Positions 17,687 through 27,928 of a stretch of DNA of 64,000 nucleotides are shown here, in pieces. Location of the stretch: the sequence record MF459647.1. One strand, written 5' to 3'. The notes below the pieces were generated by a model. It was not told the origin of the DNA, did not search any database, and worked only from the letters and a program-made list of their open reading frames with translations. The first letter of the stretch is position 1; the number at the start of each line of letters is the position of its first letter. The position numbers and the translations under genes are program-made.

Positions 17687-19735
17687 TTATTTAAATAATG
17701 TTAATACGCTATTAGACGAGCTCAGCGCCACACAGGGAGCTTCTTCACTGATGTCGAGGATTTCATTGCCTGAAACATCACCCAGCGAGATATGGCCTTC
17801 CTGCTTGCTTAAAAGCTGGTTAACCTGCTCACGGCTCCATTCCAGAATATCAATCGACCGGGACGTAATGTTCGGGTCCCTGCCGGTATCCAAATCCACC
17901 ATCCAGAAGAAACAGTTAGAGTCTTGACCTTGACGCCAGGTACGAGCTACCGCCTGTGTCAGTTCGTAATCACGGAACGGGGCATTCATGAAGATGGTTT
18001 GGTTTGCCATCAACATTGGGTAGCCTTCTTTCAGTGAATCAAACGACGCAATACAGACTTCAATGCTGGGGTCTTCTTCGAACTGCTTAATCAGAGTGTC
18101 ACGGTTCTTGTTGTTCTCGCCGTGAATGGTCACTGACTTAATGCCCTGGGTTTCCAGATACCGTTCGGTTTCTTTTACCACGTCAACATAACTGGTGAAG
18201 ATAATGGTCTTCTTCTCCACGTTACGAATCAGCTCGGGCAATCCGGCATGAGCAATGGTATCCCGAATGGCATTCATACGGGCTTTACCCAGGACGTTGC
18301 CTAAGGCTTCGCCTTGCAGTTTCAGGTTAAGGTATTTCACTGCCGACTTAATGCTGCGGAAGTCATGCAGGTCTTTGCCCTTAAGCTGTGCTTCAACCTT
18401 CTCTTCTACCCGCTTACAGAATTTGTTGTCTTCAACATCTTCTTTGTTCCAGGTAGTGAACCCTTCCCGACGGAACCGGTTAACAATCTGACGGTACTCT
18501 TTGAGTTCATTCTCAGCCCGCTCATTTCCTTTGATGGTGCTGTGGTAGTTCTCCAAGGTTTCTTGGAAGAACGCAATGTACTCAGGCATCATATTGTTGT
18601 AGAACCGTACCCGGTCAATGATGTACAACTGCATCTCATGACGGATGGCGTTCAGGGTATAACGGTCCGACCCTGGGAACGACACCTTAATAGGTTCTAC
18701 CGGTGGTGCTTCGGCCATGTTGTTCAATGACGAGATGGTGAACTTCGACCGACCAATACGGTGGTTGAGCAGCTCGTTAAGTTTATCTCGACTCCGTCCA
18801 TAGGCTTCGAGGAACTTATCACGCACACGTCCTTTGAAGTACGGGTCAATCAAACAGAACACGGTGTAAGCTTCACGACCCAGTGCTTTCAACGGTGTAC
18901 CGGACATGGGCAGTGCATGCGCAAAGATATCTTCATCGTGCATCTCAATCAGGCGTTGGGTACGACCGGTTTTGAATTCGTTGAAGTTATGGCACTCGTC
19001 CACAATCAGCTTGAGTTTACCACGGCATTTACGCTGTACGGCTTTCAGCTGCTTGATTACGCTGTTGTAGTTGTTCCCAAAGGCGTAGTCGTAGTGAATG
19101 ATGTAGAAGTCCGCATCATCCGGCATCGGTGCACCACTGATTGACGTCCAGTACTTGGGCGTTTCTTTAAACACCTGGTGCAGGTGCTTAACCCACACCG
19201 AGTCCACAATACTTAACGGACAGAGTACCACGGTGGGGTTCTTATCAATGCAGCGACTCCAGATTAAGCTCAAGAAGGTTTTCCCTGACCCTGCCTTGGC
19301 GTCCAACAGCAAACCGGTTAAATGGTAGCTCTGGGTAATCACCGGGTACTGAGTCAGGAACAGGCGCTGAGGGTCGTAGGGTTTAAACGTAAACTCCTTT
19401 TCAACCTTCTTGATATCAAACGGTTTACCGTGCGGGTTAAAGGTTCCCTCTAACCAGGTTTCCGTTTCAATCTTTTCTTTTAGTTGCGATAACCGTTTGC
19501 GGTTACTGCGAATATTTCTTAACTGGAGTAGCTTACTTATGCAGAAATGTAATTCTACTAAGAAGAAAGTGTTGGTACGAATCGTATCCCACTTCTCTCT
19601 CACGAACATGTAGTTACCGATTGTCGACGTTCCATACAGCTTCTGTAGGTCTTTCTCAAAACTGTGGAATGACAAGCCGGTAATATGTACGCTTTGTCCT
19701 TCTATCGCAATATTCGGCTCAAGTGAAAAGTACAT
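17687..19735 (-). CDS. Superfamily 2 (SNF2/DEAD-like) helicase
   Basis: Walker A DAKAGSGKT, Walker B LIVDECH, motif III MSGTP, C-terminal SLKEGYPM...QAVARTWRQGQ. Start moved to ATG 19735 (AAGGGA RBS). Confidence 0.9.
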   Translation of the reverse strand: MYFSLEPNIAIEGQSVHITGLSFHSFEKDLQKLYGTSTIGNYMFVREKWDTIRTNTFFLVELHFCISKLLQLRNIRSNRKRLSQLKEKIETETWLEGTFNPHGKPFDIKKVEKEFTFKPYDPQRLFLTQYPVITQSYHLTGLLLDAKAGSGKTFLSLIWSRCIDKNPTVVLCPLSIVDSVWVKHLHQVFKETPKYWTSISGAPMPDDADFYIIHYDYAFGNNYNSVIKQLKAVQRKCRGKLKLIVDECHNFNEFKTGRTQRLIEMHDEDIFAHALPMSGTPLKALGREAYTVFCLIDPYFKGRVRDKFLEAYGRSRDKLNELLNHRIGRSKFTISSLNNMAEAPPVEPIKVSFPGSDRYTLNAIRHEMQLYIIDRVRFYNNMMPEYIAFFQETLENYHSTIKGNERAENELKEYRQIVNRFRREGFTTWNKEDVEDNKFCKRVEEKVEAQLKGKDLHDFRSIKSAVKYLNLKLQGEALGNVLGKARMNAIRDTIAHAGLPELIRNVEKKTIIFTSYVDVVKETERYLETQGIKSVTIHGENNKNRDTLIKQFEEDPSIEVCIASFDSLKEGYPMLMANQTIFMNAPFRDYELTQAVARTWRQGQDSNCFFWMVDLDTGRDPNITSRSIDILEWSREQVNQLLSKQEGHISLGDVSGNEILDISEEAPCVALSSSNSVLTLFK

Positions 19736-19763
19736 AAGAGTCCCTTTGAAAACGGAGTAATAA

Positions 19764-20966
19764 ATGTCTGTTGCTAATTTCTTAATCAACAATCCCACCG
19801 AACTGGCATTGCTGAAAAAATTCTTTGCACGCCGCTGGCCTAATAAAGGGGAGCCGGTTAAGGTCTATGTTTATCCGAGCTTTAAACGCCCGGTAGACAT
19901 GAAGGTTGTCCGTTATGTGCTGGCTGACGACACTGCTATCTCATACAATCTTCCGGCGGGTCTGTACGAAATCTTCAAGAACAAAATCCGCGAAGAGCGC
20001 TGGGATTGGATGATTCGTCCGAACGATATCAAAGAGCTGCAGAACTTCACCGTGGGTCGTGAAGAGCGATACCAGTCTTTCTACAACGCTAACCTCATCA
20101 ACCACTATCTGATGAACGTTAACCTGGCTCCGTACACGTTGCCAGAAGCGGCGTTTGTCGCAGAGTCTAAATTAGCGGCAGCGTTTGAGGGGCTGAACAG
20201 CGGTGACATTCATCACATCGATCTGCGCTTTAAGAAAGTGGCGAACATCACCACCGACGTTATCCGTCAAATCCGTGCTAACCTGGCGCTGATCAGCAAC
20301 GACCTGAACACGGTCAAAGACCACGACCTGTACTTTGGTTTCTTTATTAACAAAGACACCTTTGAGCTGGCCCCATCCCTGAGCCGTATCGAACCGATGC
20401 TGCCGGAAGGCGGCACGTTTGTTCTGGAACAGCAACCGCTGAATCCGGCAGACTTTGCTTACCTCGGCGCGCTGGGTCAAACCGGTATCAGCACCATCAT
20501 CAATGCGGTAGACCGTCTGAACCAGGCCATTAAAGGTTTCCTGGTTGAAGCCGATCGTCACCCCATGCTGCTGGAGCATGCGGAAGACCTCATCACCCAA
20601 ACCTTCGTGATGCTGACGCAGGCAGGTCATATGGTCTACACCTTTACCTATGAAGGCGGTAAAGAGAAGATCGATAACCTGGCCAACGATATCCTGGGAC
20701 GTCTTGCTGAGCTGCCGGGTGTGGTCGGTCTGGACATCAACAGCTGGCGTGTGTGGGATTACACCAACATCAACGAACCGGTACGTTTAACCGAGCCGGA
20801 TTTCGAAGGTGAAATCTTTAACCGTTATACTGACAGCTTCGTCACTGCGCTGTATAACTACCTCATCACGCTGCAGACGCCTCTCCTGCGTCCGTACTCT
20901 CGTCGTGAAGCGGTAGCCCCAGAGAAAGTTGGCGAACACGCCGTAGGCAGTATCCGTATGGGCTAA
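19764..20966 (+). CDS. Conserved jumbo-phage hypothetical protein
   Basis: 400-aa ORF with GGAG RBS and strong codon bias; no motif recognised. Confidence 0.6.
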   Translation: MSVANFLINNPTELALLKKFFARRWPNKGEPVKVYVYPSFKRPVDMKVVRYVLADDTAISYNLPAGLYEIFKNKIREERWDWMIRPNDIKELQNFTVGREERYQSFYNANLINHYLMNVNLAPYTLPEAAFVAESKLAAAFEGLNSGDIHHIDLRFKKVANITTDVIRQIRANLALISNDLNTVKDHDLYFGFFINKDTFELAPSLSRIEPMLPEGGTFVLEQQPLNPADFAYLGALGQTGISTIINAVDRLNQAIKGFLVEADRHPMLLEHAEDLITQTFVMLTQAGHMVYTFTYEGGKEKIDNLANDILGRLAELPGVVGLDINSWRVWDYTNINEPVRLTEPDFEGEIFNRYTDSFVTALYNYLITLQTPLLRPYSRREAVAPEKVGEHAVGSIRMG

Positions 20967-20977
20967 GCCCGTGTTAC

Positions 20978-21009
20978 TATTCCTCCTACCCACATGGGTA
21001 GGAGGAATA
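20978..21009. terminator. Hairpin at a convergent junction
   Basis: TATTCCTCCTACCC-acat-GGGTAGGAGGAATA perfect 14-bp stem. Confidence 0.75.
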
Positions 21010-21018
21010 TACTTACTT

Positions 21019-21654
21019 TTATTTTTGCGCTGTTAAGGCGGCTTCCAGTTCCAGGATTTGCTGTTGCAACGCTGACACCGTGGTTTCCAGTTCACGTACT
21101 CTGGCTACGTTATTGGTGTTGTCTTTGATTTTGTTCTTGCGAGCATTCTCAAACACATCAGCCTGGGTCTTGCTAACGTACCCAGTAGTGGGAATTACCC
21201 CCAAACGAATCTGGCTGGTAATCCCGACAGCATTTTCCACGTAGTCCCGGATATCATCCTGAGCTTGCGTCAATACGTCTTTCAAACCAGGCGGACACGG
21301 ACCCAGGTCAACAATCAGTGCCATGCGTTCATACCGCACACCGTCCACCATGGGGAACGACTTAAAGTACGAGCTGACCACGTAGACTGTTTGAGCATTG
21401 CGACTGGTTAAGGCCACAATAACAGCATTCATCCCAATGGCACGGTCGAGCACGGTTTGGTAATCCGCTTCGGCTACGCCAATCGGTTTGAACACCAACT
21501 CATACAGGTTCAGCTTCATGGCCTGCATTTCCGGAATGGTACGCACGGCTTCCACGGTGTAATACTTCGTGGGGTCTACCACTTTGTCAAACGGGTTGAT
21601 GGCTTCAAAGCTACCCGCTGAGTAAATGGCAGGAATCAGGTTTTGTTCGCTCAC
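21019..21654 (-). CDS. Putative virion structural protein
   Basis: GTG start with AAGGAG RBS; C-terminal coiled coil; structural role inferred from context only. Confidence 0.5.
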   Translation of the reverse strand: MSEQNLIPAIYSAGSFEAINPFDKVVDPTKYYTVEAVRTIPEMQAMKLNLYELVFKPIGVAEADYQTVLDRAIGMNAVIVALTSRNAQTVYVVSSYFKSFPMVDGVRYERMALIVDLGPCPPGLKDVLTQAQDDIRDYVENAVGITSQIRLGVIPTTGYVSKTQADVFENARKNKIKDNTNNVARVRELETTVSALQQQILELEAALTAQK

Positions 21655-21660
21655 CGTTTA

Positions 21661-22998
21661 TTACTCCTTGATGCGACCGTCTTGCAGCATCTGCCAACGG
21701 GTCAGGACTACGAAGCGCACTTTACCGACACGGCGTGATACCCACAGCTTGTTAAAGCGAGTAACGCGAGTAATGCCTGCCGGAGTTAAGTTGTTCGGGG
21801 TAGTAGTTTCCGCTGCAGAAATCAGGTTTTCCATTTCCTTGATGAAGGTCATGGTGGCACCTGACATGATGTCAAAGTCCGGGTCGTCTGACGGAATCAA
21901 CTGATAATCCGGGTAGAGCTGCGACAATTTGGTATTCTCTGGGCGGTTGTTCAGCTTGCCTACGAAGGCACACTGGAACGACTTGTAGAGGAACGCCACT
22001 GATTGCAGGGATTTTATGACATGATCTGCAGACATATTGGGGGTCAGATAAAAATCCACATGATCACGGACAGTTTCGTAATCTACAATTGGAGACAGTG
22101 TGGATGTACCGTTCACCTTATTCTTCACGCCCAGACGGTCGTAATAAGGAATGACGTAGAACTCCGTGGGGTTAAAGAGATCAGGAATCTTCTCTTCCCA
22201 CTCTTCCCGAGTATATTGACTATTCTCGAGAATCTCGTCTTGAATCTGCTGGTACAACTGATCGTCAGCGTCATCGCCGTTCCCGTTTACCAATGTCCGC
22301 CACCACCCCGTGTTGTAGTTAGGGGTGTTGATCAGGTCAACGATAGAAAACCCGTCCACTCGACGATAACTCGCAGGATGCTGCTCGTTGTTGGTCAGTT
22401 TGTCAATGCGGTCTTCCACGACGTTTGGAGTTTCTTTTTCCAGACGCTCAGCAATCTGCCGATAGTTCATGGTCATCAGCGTATCCATTTCCTCAATGGG
22501 AAGCGGGTGACACACCGTGAAACTAACGCGCGGGTATTGCTTCAGGAAATACTCGTTGGCGAACCACAGATAAAAACTTTGATCTTCACCATTCACTTTA
22601 TGATTCCCGCGAATAAAACTGGGGAAGAAGATGGTGCTGTTTGTCACCATGTCCCCGACTTCGAGGATTTCGATGTTGTTGGTGAACTGCTGTTTAAGTT
22701 GATTTAAACAGTTAACACTGCTGGCGGTTAAATTACCCTTGTTGGCTTGATCGTAGAGCCAGTTCGCAATGGTGATTTGTTTCTCCGCCAAGTCTTGTGG
22801 CATGACAATTGGGGAATTGTCTTTTTCAGCCAAGAAGTTGTACAAAATGGTTTCGCTACTTCCCGTAATTGAAAACACCCCAGGGTCTTTTGTATACGTC
22901 CGGGCTTTGGTGGAAAGCTCTCCCATCGGAGAGGTCACAAGATTGCTATTGTTGTGGAGCTTTGCGATACTCCCGAAAGATAAATAAGAGGTGCTCAT
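21661..22998 (-). CDS. Putative virion structural protein
   Basis: 445-aa ORF, co-oriented with and 6 bp from the previous gene; function inferred from context only. Confidence 0.5.
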   Translation of the reverse strand: MSTSYLSFGSIAKLHNNSNLVTSPMGELSTKARTYTKDPGVFSITGSSETILYNFLAEKDNSPIVMPQDLAEKQITIANWLYDQANKGNLTASSVNCLNQLKQQFTNNIEILEVGDMVTNSTIFFPSFIRGNHKVNGEDQSFYLWFANEYFLKQYPRVSFTVCHPLPIEEMDTLMTMNYRQIAERLEKETPNVVEDRIDKLTNNEQHPASYRRVDGFSIVDLINTPNYNTGWWRTLVNGNGDDADDQLYQQIQDEILENSQYTREEWEEKIPDLFNPTEFYVIPYYDRLGVKNKVNGTSTLSPIVDYETVRDHVDFYLTPNMSADHVIKSLQSVAFLYKSFQCAFVGKLNNRPENTKLSQLYPDYQLIPSDDPDFDIMSGATMTFIKEMENLISAAETTTPNNLTPAGITRVTRFNKLWVSRRVGKVRFVVLTRWQMLQDGRIKE

Positions 22999-23025
22999 GG
23001 CATTTTCCCTTTAAGGACGTAGAAT

Positions 23026-23517
23026 ATGTTTAAAATCATCGAGGAGTTGATGAATAGGTTCATAGAATTTATTTTGCAGTACGTCAAAGGCGAATCTGCA
23101 GAAGAGCGACTTACGTCAGCACTACGAACCTCTATTTATACAACGACCGCTTTATTTTGGTTGCTTGTTAGTTTGCTGGTAAGCAGTGTACTAATGAAAA
23201 TAGAAATCGCGAACCTGCAAGCGGGGATTCAGCGAATTAATGTCCTTTTTGATTCATCTGCGCAGAACAGCCCATTTTCTGAATTCATCAAGCTTAATAA
23301 TTCACTGGTTCAACGCCTTGAACTTTCCACACAAGAGAAAGAATTCTTGATTCGTGAGAACGTGAAATTAACCAACATTAACGAAGGATTACACACAGAC
23401 GTACAGCATTATCAAGACGAAAATAAAACACTCACCATAGAGCTTGGGATTTGCCGGGAGGGAGACCGACTCGACCCTGCCGAACATCGCTATTCCAAAC
23501 GCTCTAAAAATCACTGA
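23026..23517 (+). CDS. Single-pass membrane protein with coiled coil
   Basis: Hydrophobic ALFWLLVSLLVSSVLM segment followed by a heptad-rich C-terminus. Confidence 0.6.
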   Translation: MFKIIEELMNRFIEFILQYVKGESAEERLTSALRTSIYTTTALFWLLVSLLVSSVLMKIEIANLQAGIQRINVLFDSSAQNSPFSEFIKLNNSLVQRLELSTQEKEFLIRENVKLTNINEGLHTDVQHYQDENKTLTIELGICREGDRLDPAEHRYSKRSKNH

Positions 23518-23524
23518 GTAAAAA

Positions 23525-23554
23525 AATACCCTATTGTCTATTCAATAGGGTATT
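23525..23554 (-). terminator. Hairpin with an upstream A-tract (minus-strand terminator geometry)
   Basis: AATACCCTATTG-tctatt-CAATAGGGTATT preceded by AAAAAAA on the + strand. Confidence 0.55.
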
Positions 23555-23576
23555 ACCATAATAAAGGATCTGTTAA

Positions 23577-25085
23577 ATGAAAAATGACGCTGTCGCACAA
23601 CCGACGCTCAACATGGTAATCTATCTGACGCTTAAAGAATGTCAGATCAAGAAAAACACCCTTTACCCACTGGGTGGCCATGGTTATACGTACGACGTTG
23701 CGGTAGAGGGAAGGCGTAAGCTGCAGAAAGATGCACCGACCACTGCGGGGTATTACACGGGGAATCCGCAACGCCCTGGTAATGTAGTGGATATTGCCGA
23801 CATTGTGAGTTTAACGGTTCCCAACTCATCCGGTAAATCGGAAGCATTGCTGAAAGCGATGATTGAGTTGTTGACGTATTTCGGAGCACATCCTGAATAC
23901 AAGAACCTGTGTGTGGTTACCCTTCACAAGGAAATTGCACAGCTGACAACGTATCGTGACAAAGTAAAAGACGCAGGGTACAAGGTCGGTCGACTTGAAC
24001 TGACCCCTGAAGAAATTACGTTGTTCGAGCAATATTCTGCTTTACTGAAAGAGTGGGAAGCAAACGACCACAAAATCATTTTCGATTTGGACGCGTCGGT
24101 TGAAGGCGGGCGTGGTAATAAAGCAGCAGACCAGCAACAGGGGTTAGCTGAAGTTATCACGGTATGGAGCACGGAAAACCATCCTACCCTTAACTTAACC
24201 GGTCGTAAAGAATACGAAAACCCGGAAAGTGATTTCAACAAACTTGTGAGCGCGACCCGCTGGTATTTCACCACCGGCGAAGACACCGATTTTTACGAAC
24301 CCTACGGTGACTATCGTGCTTACAACTTTGGTAAGGTTGAGCCGGATAAAAAGTATTACGGTAAACTGACGCCTGATGTGACCTACAGCAAGCTTTACAC
24401 CAAGACTCCTATTCAGTTGTTGGATAAACTCTTTGAGTTCACGAATAAAACCGTGAGTAACCCAGATGGCTTAATGTCAGCCGGGAACTTAACCAACATC
24501 AAGAGCAAGGACCTGGTGCGTCTGATTGACACCTACCCAGCGGTTAAGGATAAGGACAACCTTATCATGCCGTACACGGTGGGTGGTCAGGAAGAGCCGC
24601 TGTTGGTTGAGTTGATTAACCCGCCGATGCTGTCGTACCGGATTAAAGAATCCTTCTACAACATCGATGTGATTTTCAATGCCTTCCGCAATCGGGATAG
24701 CAACAACGAGTTTAAGAACTCGAAGTTCTATGACATCACCGATGAGATTTATGCGCAGGAAGTCAACAAGAAGGGCGACACGAAGTTAAAGATCGCTCCG
24801 ACGTTTGGCATGAACACAGCGGTTATCAAAGTCAAAGTCAATCACCGGAATGCAGTAAAACCGGTTCAGTTGATTCTCGGTGTCGGGTATGACTTGCCAG
24901 AACGTAATGCGTTCAACGCGGTCACAGACCCGAATGTAAAAGTGTGGTGTGCCGTGGATGCACAAAACGAAAAAGGATTGCGCTACTGCACGATTACAGA
25001 AACCGACGACTTCATCTACATTCACACCAGTGGGATTGCAAACCTGCGGGTACTGAGTTTGGATGAGTTAGGGCGGAAAGCATAA
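23577..25085 (+). CDS. RNase H-like protein of the phiKZ gp155 type, active site apparently degenerate
   Basis: GHGYTY, PTTAGY and GNKAAD match the layout I recall for this family, and it lies near uvsX as in phiKZ. The YTDG aspartate is absent. Confidence 0.55.
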   Translation: MKNDAVAQPTLNMVIYLTLKECQIKKNTLYPLGGHGYTYDVAVEGRRKLQKDAPTTAGYYTGNPQRPGNVVDIADIVSLTVPNSSGKSEALLKAMIELLTYFGAHPEYKNLCVVTLHKEIAQLTTYRDKVKDAGYKVGRLELTPEEITLFEQYSALLKEWEANDHKIIFDLDASVEGGRGNKAADQQQGLAEVITVWSTENHPTLNLTGRKEYENPESDFNKLVSATRWYFTTGEDTDFYEPYGDYRAYNFGKVEPDKKYYGKLTPDVTYSKLYTKTPIQLLDKLFEFTNKTVSNPDGLMSAGNLTNIKSKDLVRLIDTYPAVKDKDNLIMPYTVGGQEEPLLVELINPPMLSYRIKESFYNIDVIFNAFRNRDSNNEFKNSKFYDITDEIYAQEVNKKGDTKLKIAPTFGMNTAVIKVKVNHRNAVKPVQLILGVGYDLPERNAFNAVTDPNVKVWCAVDAQNEKGLRYCTITETDDFIYIHTSGIANLRVLSLDELGRKA

Positions 25086-25089
25086 TACT

Positions 25090-25119
25090 AGGGTTAGGAG
25101 GTGTCACCCTCCTAACCTT
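25090..25119. terminator. Hairpin at a convergent junction
   Basis: AGGGTTAGGAGG-tgtcac-CCTCCTAACCTT. Confidence 0.7.
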
Positions 25120-25137
25120 GTTATGCCGCTATGCCGC

Positions 25138-25938
25138 TTATTTCATTTTTCGGAACTCTTCCAACTGACGCTGGAAAACGGCAGTCAGTTCGTTCAGCAG
25201 ACCGGTCACTACACCTGCCACGTTAACCAGGCCGACGTAGTTATTGATAATCAGCTGGATGTCCACCAACGCTTCTTTAGACAGCAGAATGTCGTTAGCT
25301 TCAATCTTGGTGACCAGCAGAGACCCGATGTCGTAAACCGCCGTGATGTCACGGGTCAGGATTTCGATGTCGCGTGCCTTGATGGCTTTGATGGCCTGAT
25401 TATATTGGTTCATCAACATAAACGCATCGTTGAACTGCAGGTACACCTGGTCCAGCGGGAACTTCGCTTTGTTGTTGCTGTCGAGTTCTTTAATGAAGAC
25501 CTCGGTTTGCTCCAGGCACTGATCAAAGTCGCTTACGGACCAGCTAAAGGATTTGTCCATGCGGCCTTTCTTAACGATGCTTTTCATCCAATCATATAAC
25601 CGAGTCGTTTCCGTTTTCAGGTTATTGAGGATAAAGATACCGTTAATCAGGTGACGGGTGTAGGTTTCCATTTCACCCATGGCACCTGAGAAGTATTCAG
25701 GTACAGTGATCTCTTGACCGGCATTGCGAACGAACAGGACGTCTTTGTCAACGAGGTAACGCTGCGTGGAGCGATAGTCGACTTCATGCAGACTGCCTTT
25801 CAGCGCAGCCAGCTTACGGTCAACTGAGCGATTAAACTCGTTGAAGAATAAACTCATGCTCTCTCGTAAGCCAAGGCTTTCGATGCCGGAAATAGCGAGG
25901 AGCTGAGGTTGTTTAACTTCGTTAATCATATCAAACAT
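25138..25938 (-). CDS. Conserved hypothetical helical protein
   Basis: Start moved to ATG 25938 (GAGG RBS); transcribed divergently from uvsX. Confidence 0.6.
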   Translation of the reverse strand: MFDMINEVKQPQLLAISGIESLGLRESMSLFFNEFNRSVDRKLAALKGSLHEVDYRSTQRYLVDKDVLFVRNAGQEITVPEYFSGAMGEMETYTRHLINGIFILNNLKTETTRLYDWMKSIVKKGRMDKSFSWSVSDFDQCLEQTEVFIKELDSNNKAKFPLDQVYLQFNDAFMLMNQYNQAIKAIKARDIEILTRDITAVYDIGSLLVTKIEANDILLSKEALVDIQLIINNYVGLVNVAGVVTGLLNELTAVFQRQLEEFRKMK

Positions 25939-26046
25939 TACTGACCTCTTTATATGTATAGTTAAAAACCCCTTCTTCACCAAACCGGAAAATTGGAAGA
26001 GGGTATATCAACCGTAGTTCATAAAATCAAACGGAGCAGAGAGAAT

Positions 26047-27474
26047 ATGAGTTCTCCTTTTAGTTTTGTCGCCGGTATTAAGTCATCTAATATCGTCAAT
26101 GCCTGCTTTAACTTCTCGCCGATTTTCGACATGATTAACGGTGAGTATGTATTGGGCACTGACGGGGTGACTTATCTCAACGGTGGGATTTGCGCAAACA
26201 ATGCGATTACTGGTGGTAACAACACACAGAAAACCGGTATGACCGTATTGGCAATGGCCCGCCTGCTGGTGCGTATCCCGACCTCCGTGGTTGTGTTCTT
26301 TGATATCGAGGCCACGTTCAGCGTGCTGCGTCTGGCGAAGATGGTGGACCAGGAGATTGGCGAGCAGGGTTACTTCTTCCGTCAAGTTCTCAACAAACGC
26401 TTCTTCTACTTCTCGCGTAACGACGGCCATGATGGTAGCTTTGTTCACAACTGGTTCAAAGATACTTATCAGCAGATTAAGAAAGACATCAAAGAGAAGA
26501 AAGATGTCTACATTACGCTGCCGTATCCGGATAACGACGGTAACGCGATGAAAGTCATTACGCCGGTGATGCCGGTTGTTGACTCCATCTCTGAAATGCA
26601 TTTCAGTAAAACCTCTGCGCACTTCCAGGAAGGCGACGTCGACGAAGGCGGTGAAAAGAAAACCCGTGACATGGTCATCGGTAACCAACGCCGTATCGTA
26701 TACGAAGACTGCGACGTGTTAGGGGGTGAAGTGGGCTTCCTGCAAATCTGGACAGCTCAGGTAACTGACATCATTAACATGACCGGTAAGCCGCTGGAAA
26801 AAGAGTCGGTGTTTATTCGTCAGGGTAAGAAGCTCAAAGGGCCAAAATCTCTGATGCGTATTCCACAGACCGGCTACGAAATCATTCGTGGTTCCGCGCT
26901 GAAATCTGGTCAGGAGTGGTTGTATCCCGACCCGTACGGGAAAGACATCTTTATCGACCGTGATGCAAAAGAGAACCCCGATTTGCTGATCTACTCCATC
27001 TCTCCATACCGTAACAAGTCTGGTGGGTCCGGCGGTAGCTTCTTCTTTATCGGTTCTCAGGCGTTGGGCATTCAGGAAGGTCTGTCCATGTATCACACCA
27101 TCAAGACGGCCAACAAATGGGGTCTCGAAGGCAGTGACATTTCGCATGCTTGTGTGCTCTACCCAGAGTGCAAGGTAGGTCGTACCACCATCCGTAAGAA
27201 ATTGCTGGACGACAAAAAGCTCTACCGCGCATTAACGATCTGTTACCAGATGTGGTTCATGCAAACGTTTAACCTGGCGCTCGATGCGAAGTATCGTATG
27301 ACGCCGGAAGAGCTGTTTGAGAAAATCAAAGCTCAGGGCTATGACTGGGACGACATGTTAAACACCGTCGACTACATTCATTTTAATCCGGACATTAAGC
27401 AGCCCACCCTTTCAACAATGGAATTGTTAAAGATCGCTATCGGGGAACGTAAACCCCATTGGCATAAGCAATAA
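26047..27474 (+). CDS. uvsX: RecA/UvsX-like recombinase
   Basis: Variant Walker A GGNNTQKT, FFDIEAT, Walker B PVVDSISE and WTAQV are characteristic of the phiKZ-type RecA family. Start moved to ATG 26047 (GGAG RBS). Confidence 0.75.
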   Translation: MSSPFSFVAGIKSSNIVNACFNFSPIFDMINGEYVLGTDGVTYLNGGICANNAITGGNNTQKTGMTVLAMARLLVRIPTSVVVFFDIEATFSVLRLAKMVDQEIGEQGYFFRQVLNKRFFYFSRNDGHDGSFVHNWFKDTYQQIKKDIKEKKDVYITLPYPDNDGNAMKVITPVMPVVDSISEMHFSKTSAHFQEGDVDEGGEKKTRDMVIGNQRRIVYEDCDVLGGEVGFLQIWTAQVTDIINMTGKPLEKESVFIRQGKKLKGPKSLMRIPQTGYEIIRGSALKSGQEWLYPDPYGKDIFIDRDAKENPDLLIYSISPYRNKSGGSGGSFFFIGSQALGIQEGLSMYHTIKTANKWGLEGSDISHACVLYPECKVGRTTIRKKLLDDKKLYRALTICYQMWFMQTFNLALDAKYRMTPEELFEKIKAQGYDWDDMLNTVDYIHFNPDIKQPTLSTMELLKIAIGERKPHWHKQ

Positions 27475-27538
27475 CCTTTAGGACGAGGGGGAGATATTAT
27501 AAACTCCCTCCGTCTTTCTTCGCTCTCAGGTGTGAACC

Positions 27539-27913
27539 ATGGTTTTACCAACAACTCTTCCGACCTCACTTTTGGTCATCGCAGACAGCAACTTCGTTAA
27601 CATTTGCCAAAACCCCGACGAGTATTTTGAAAAACTGAAATCCGTTGTGGGTAAACATGCTGAGAACGGCGTGGTGCTTTATACCGTTCCTGGCAAATAC
27701 GGGATTAACAGCCTCGACAAAGAAATCGAAGCTATCCCGGTTGTGGACCGTAACAAAACTGTCTTTATGCAGACGCTGGAAAACAGTGCATCGATGTACG
27801 ACGAGTTGCTGATCGTCAGCATCGCAGAAGAAGACAACTTTATCAATGGCGCGATTGAAGTGATGACCAACCTCAATAAGTCCATCACCCACTATCGTTA
27901 TAACCGCAAATAA
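27539..27913 (+). CDS. Hypothetical protein
   Basis: 124-aa ORF in an operon with the RNAP beta C fragment. Confidence 0.6.
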   Translation: MVLPTTLPTSLLVIADSNFVNICQNPDEYFEKLKSVVGKHAENGVVLYTVPGKYGINSLDKEIEAIPVVDRNKTVFMQTLENSASMYDELLIVSIAEEDNFINGAIEVMTNLNKSITHYRYNRK

Positions 27914-27928
27914 GCGTAGGGGGTTATT

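Noticed and set aside
27539-27913. Possible SLOG/YspA-like fold
   Set aside because: The resemblance is too weak to call without a profile search.
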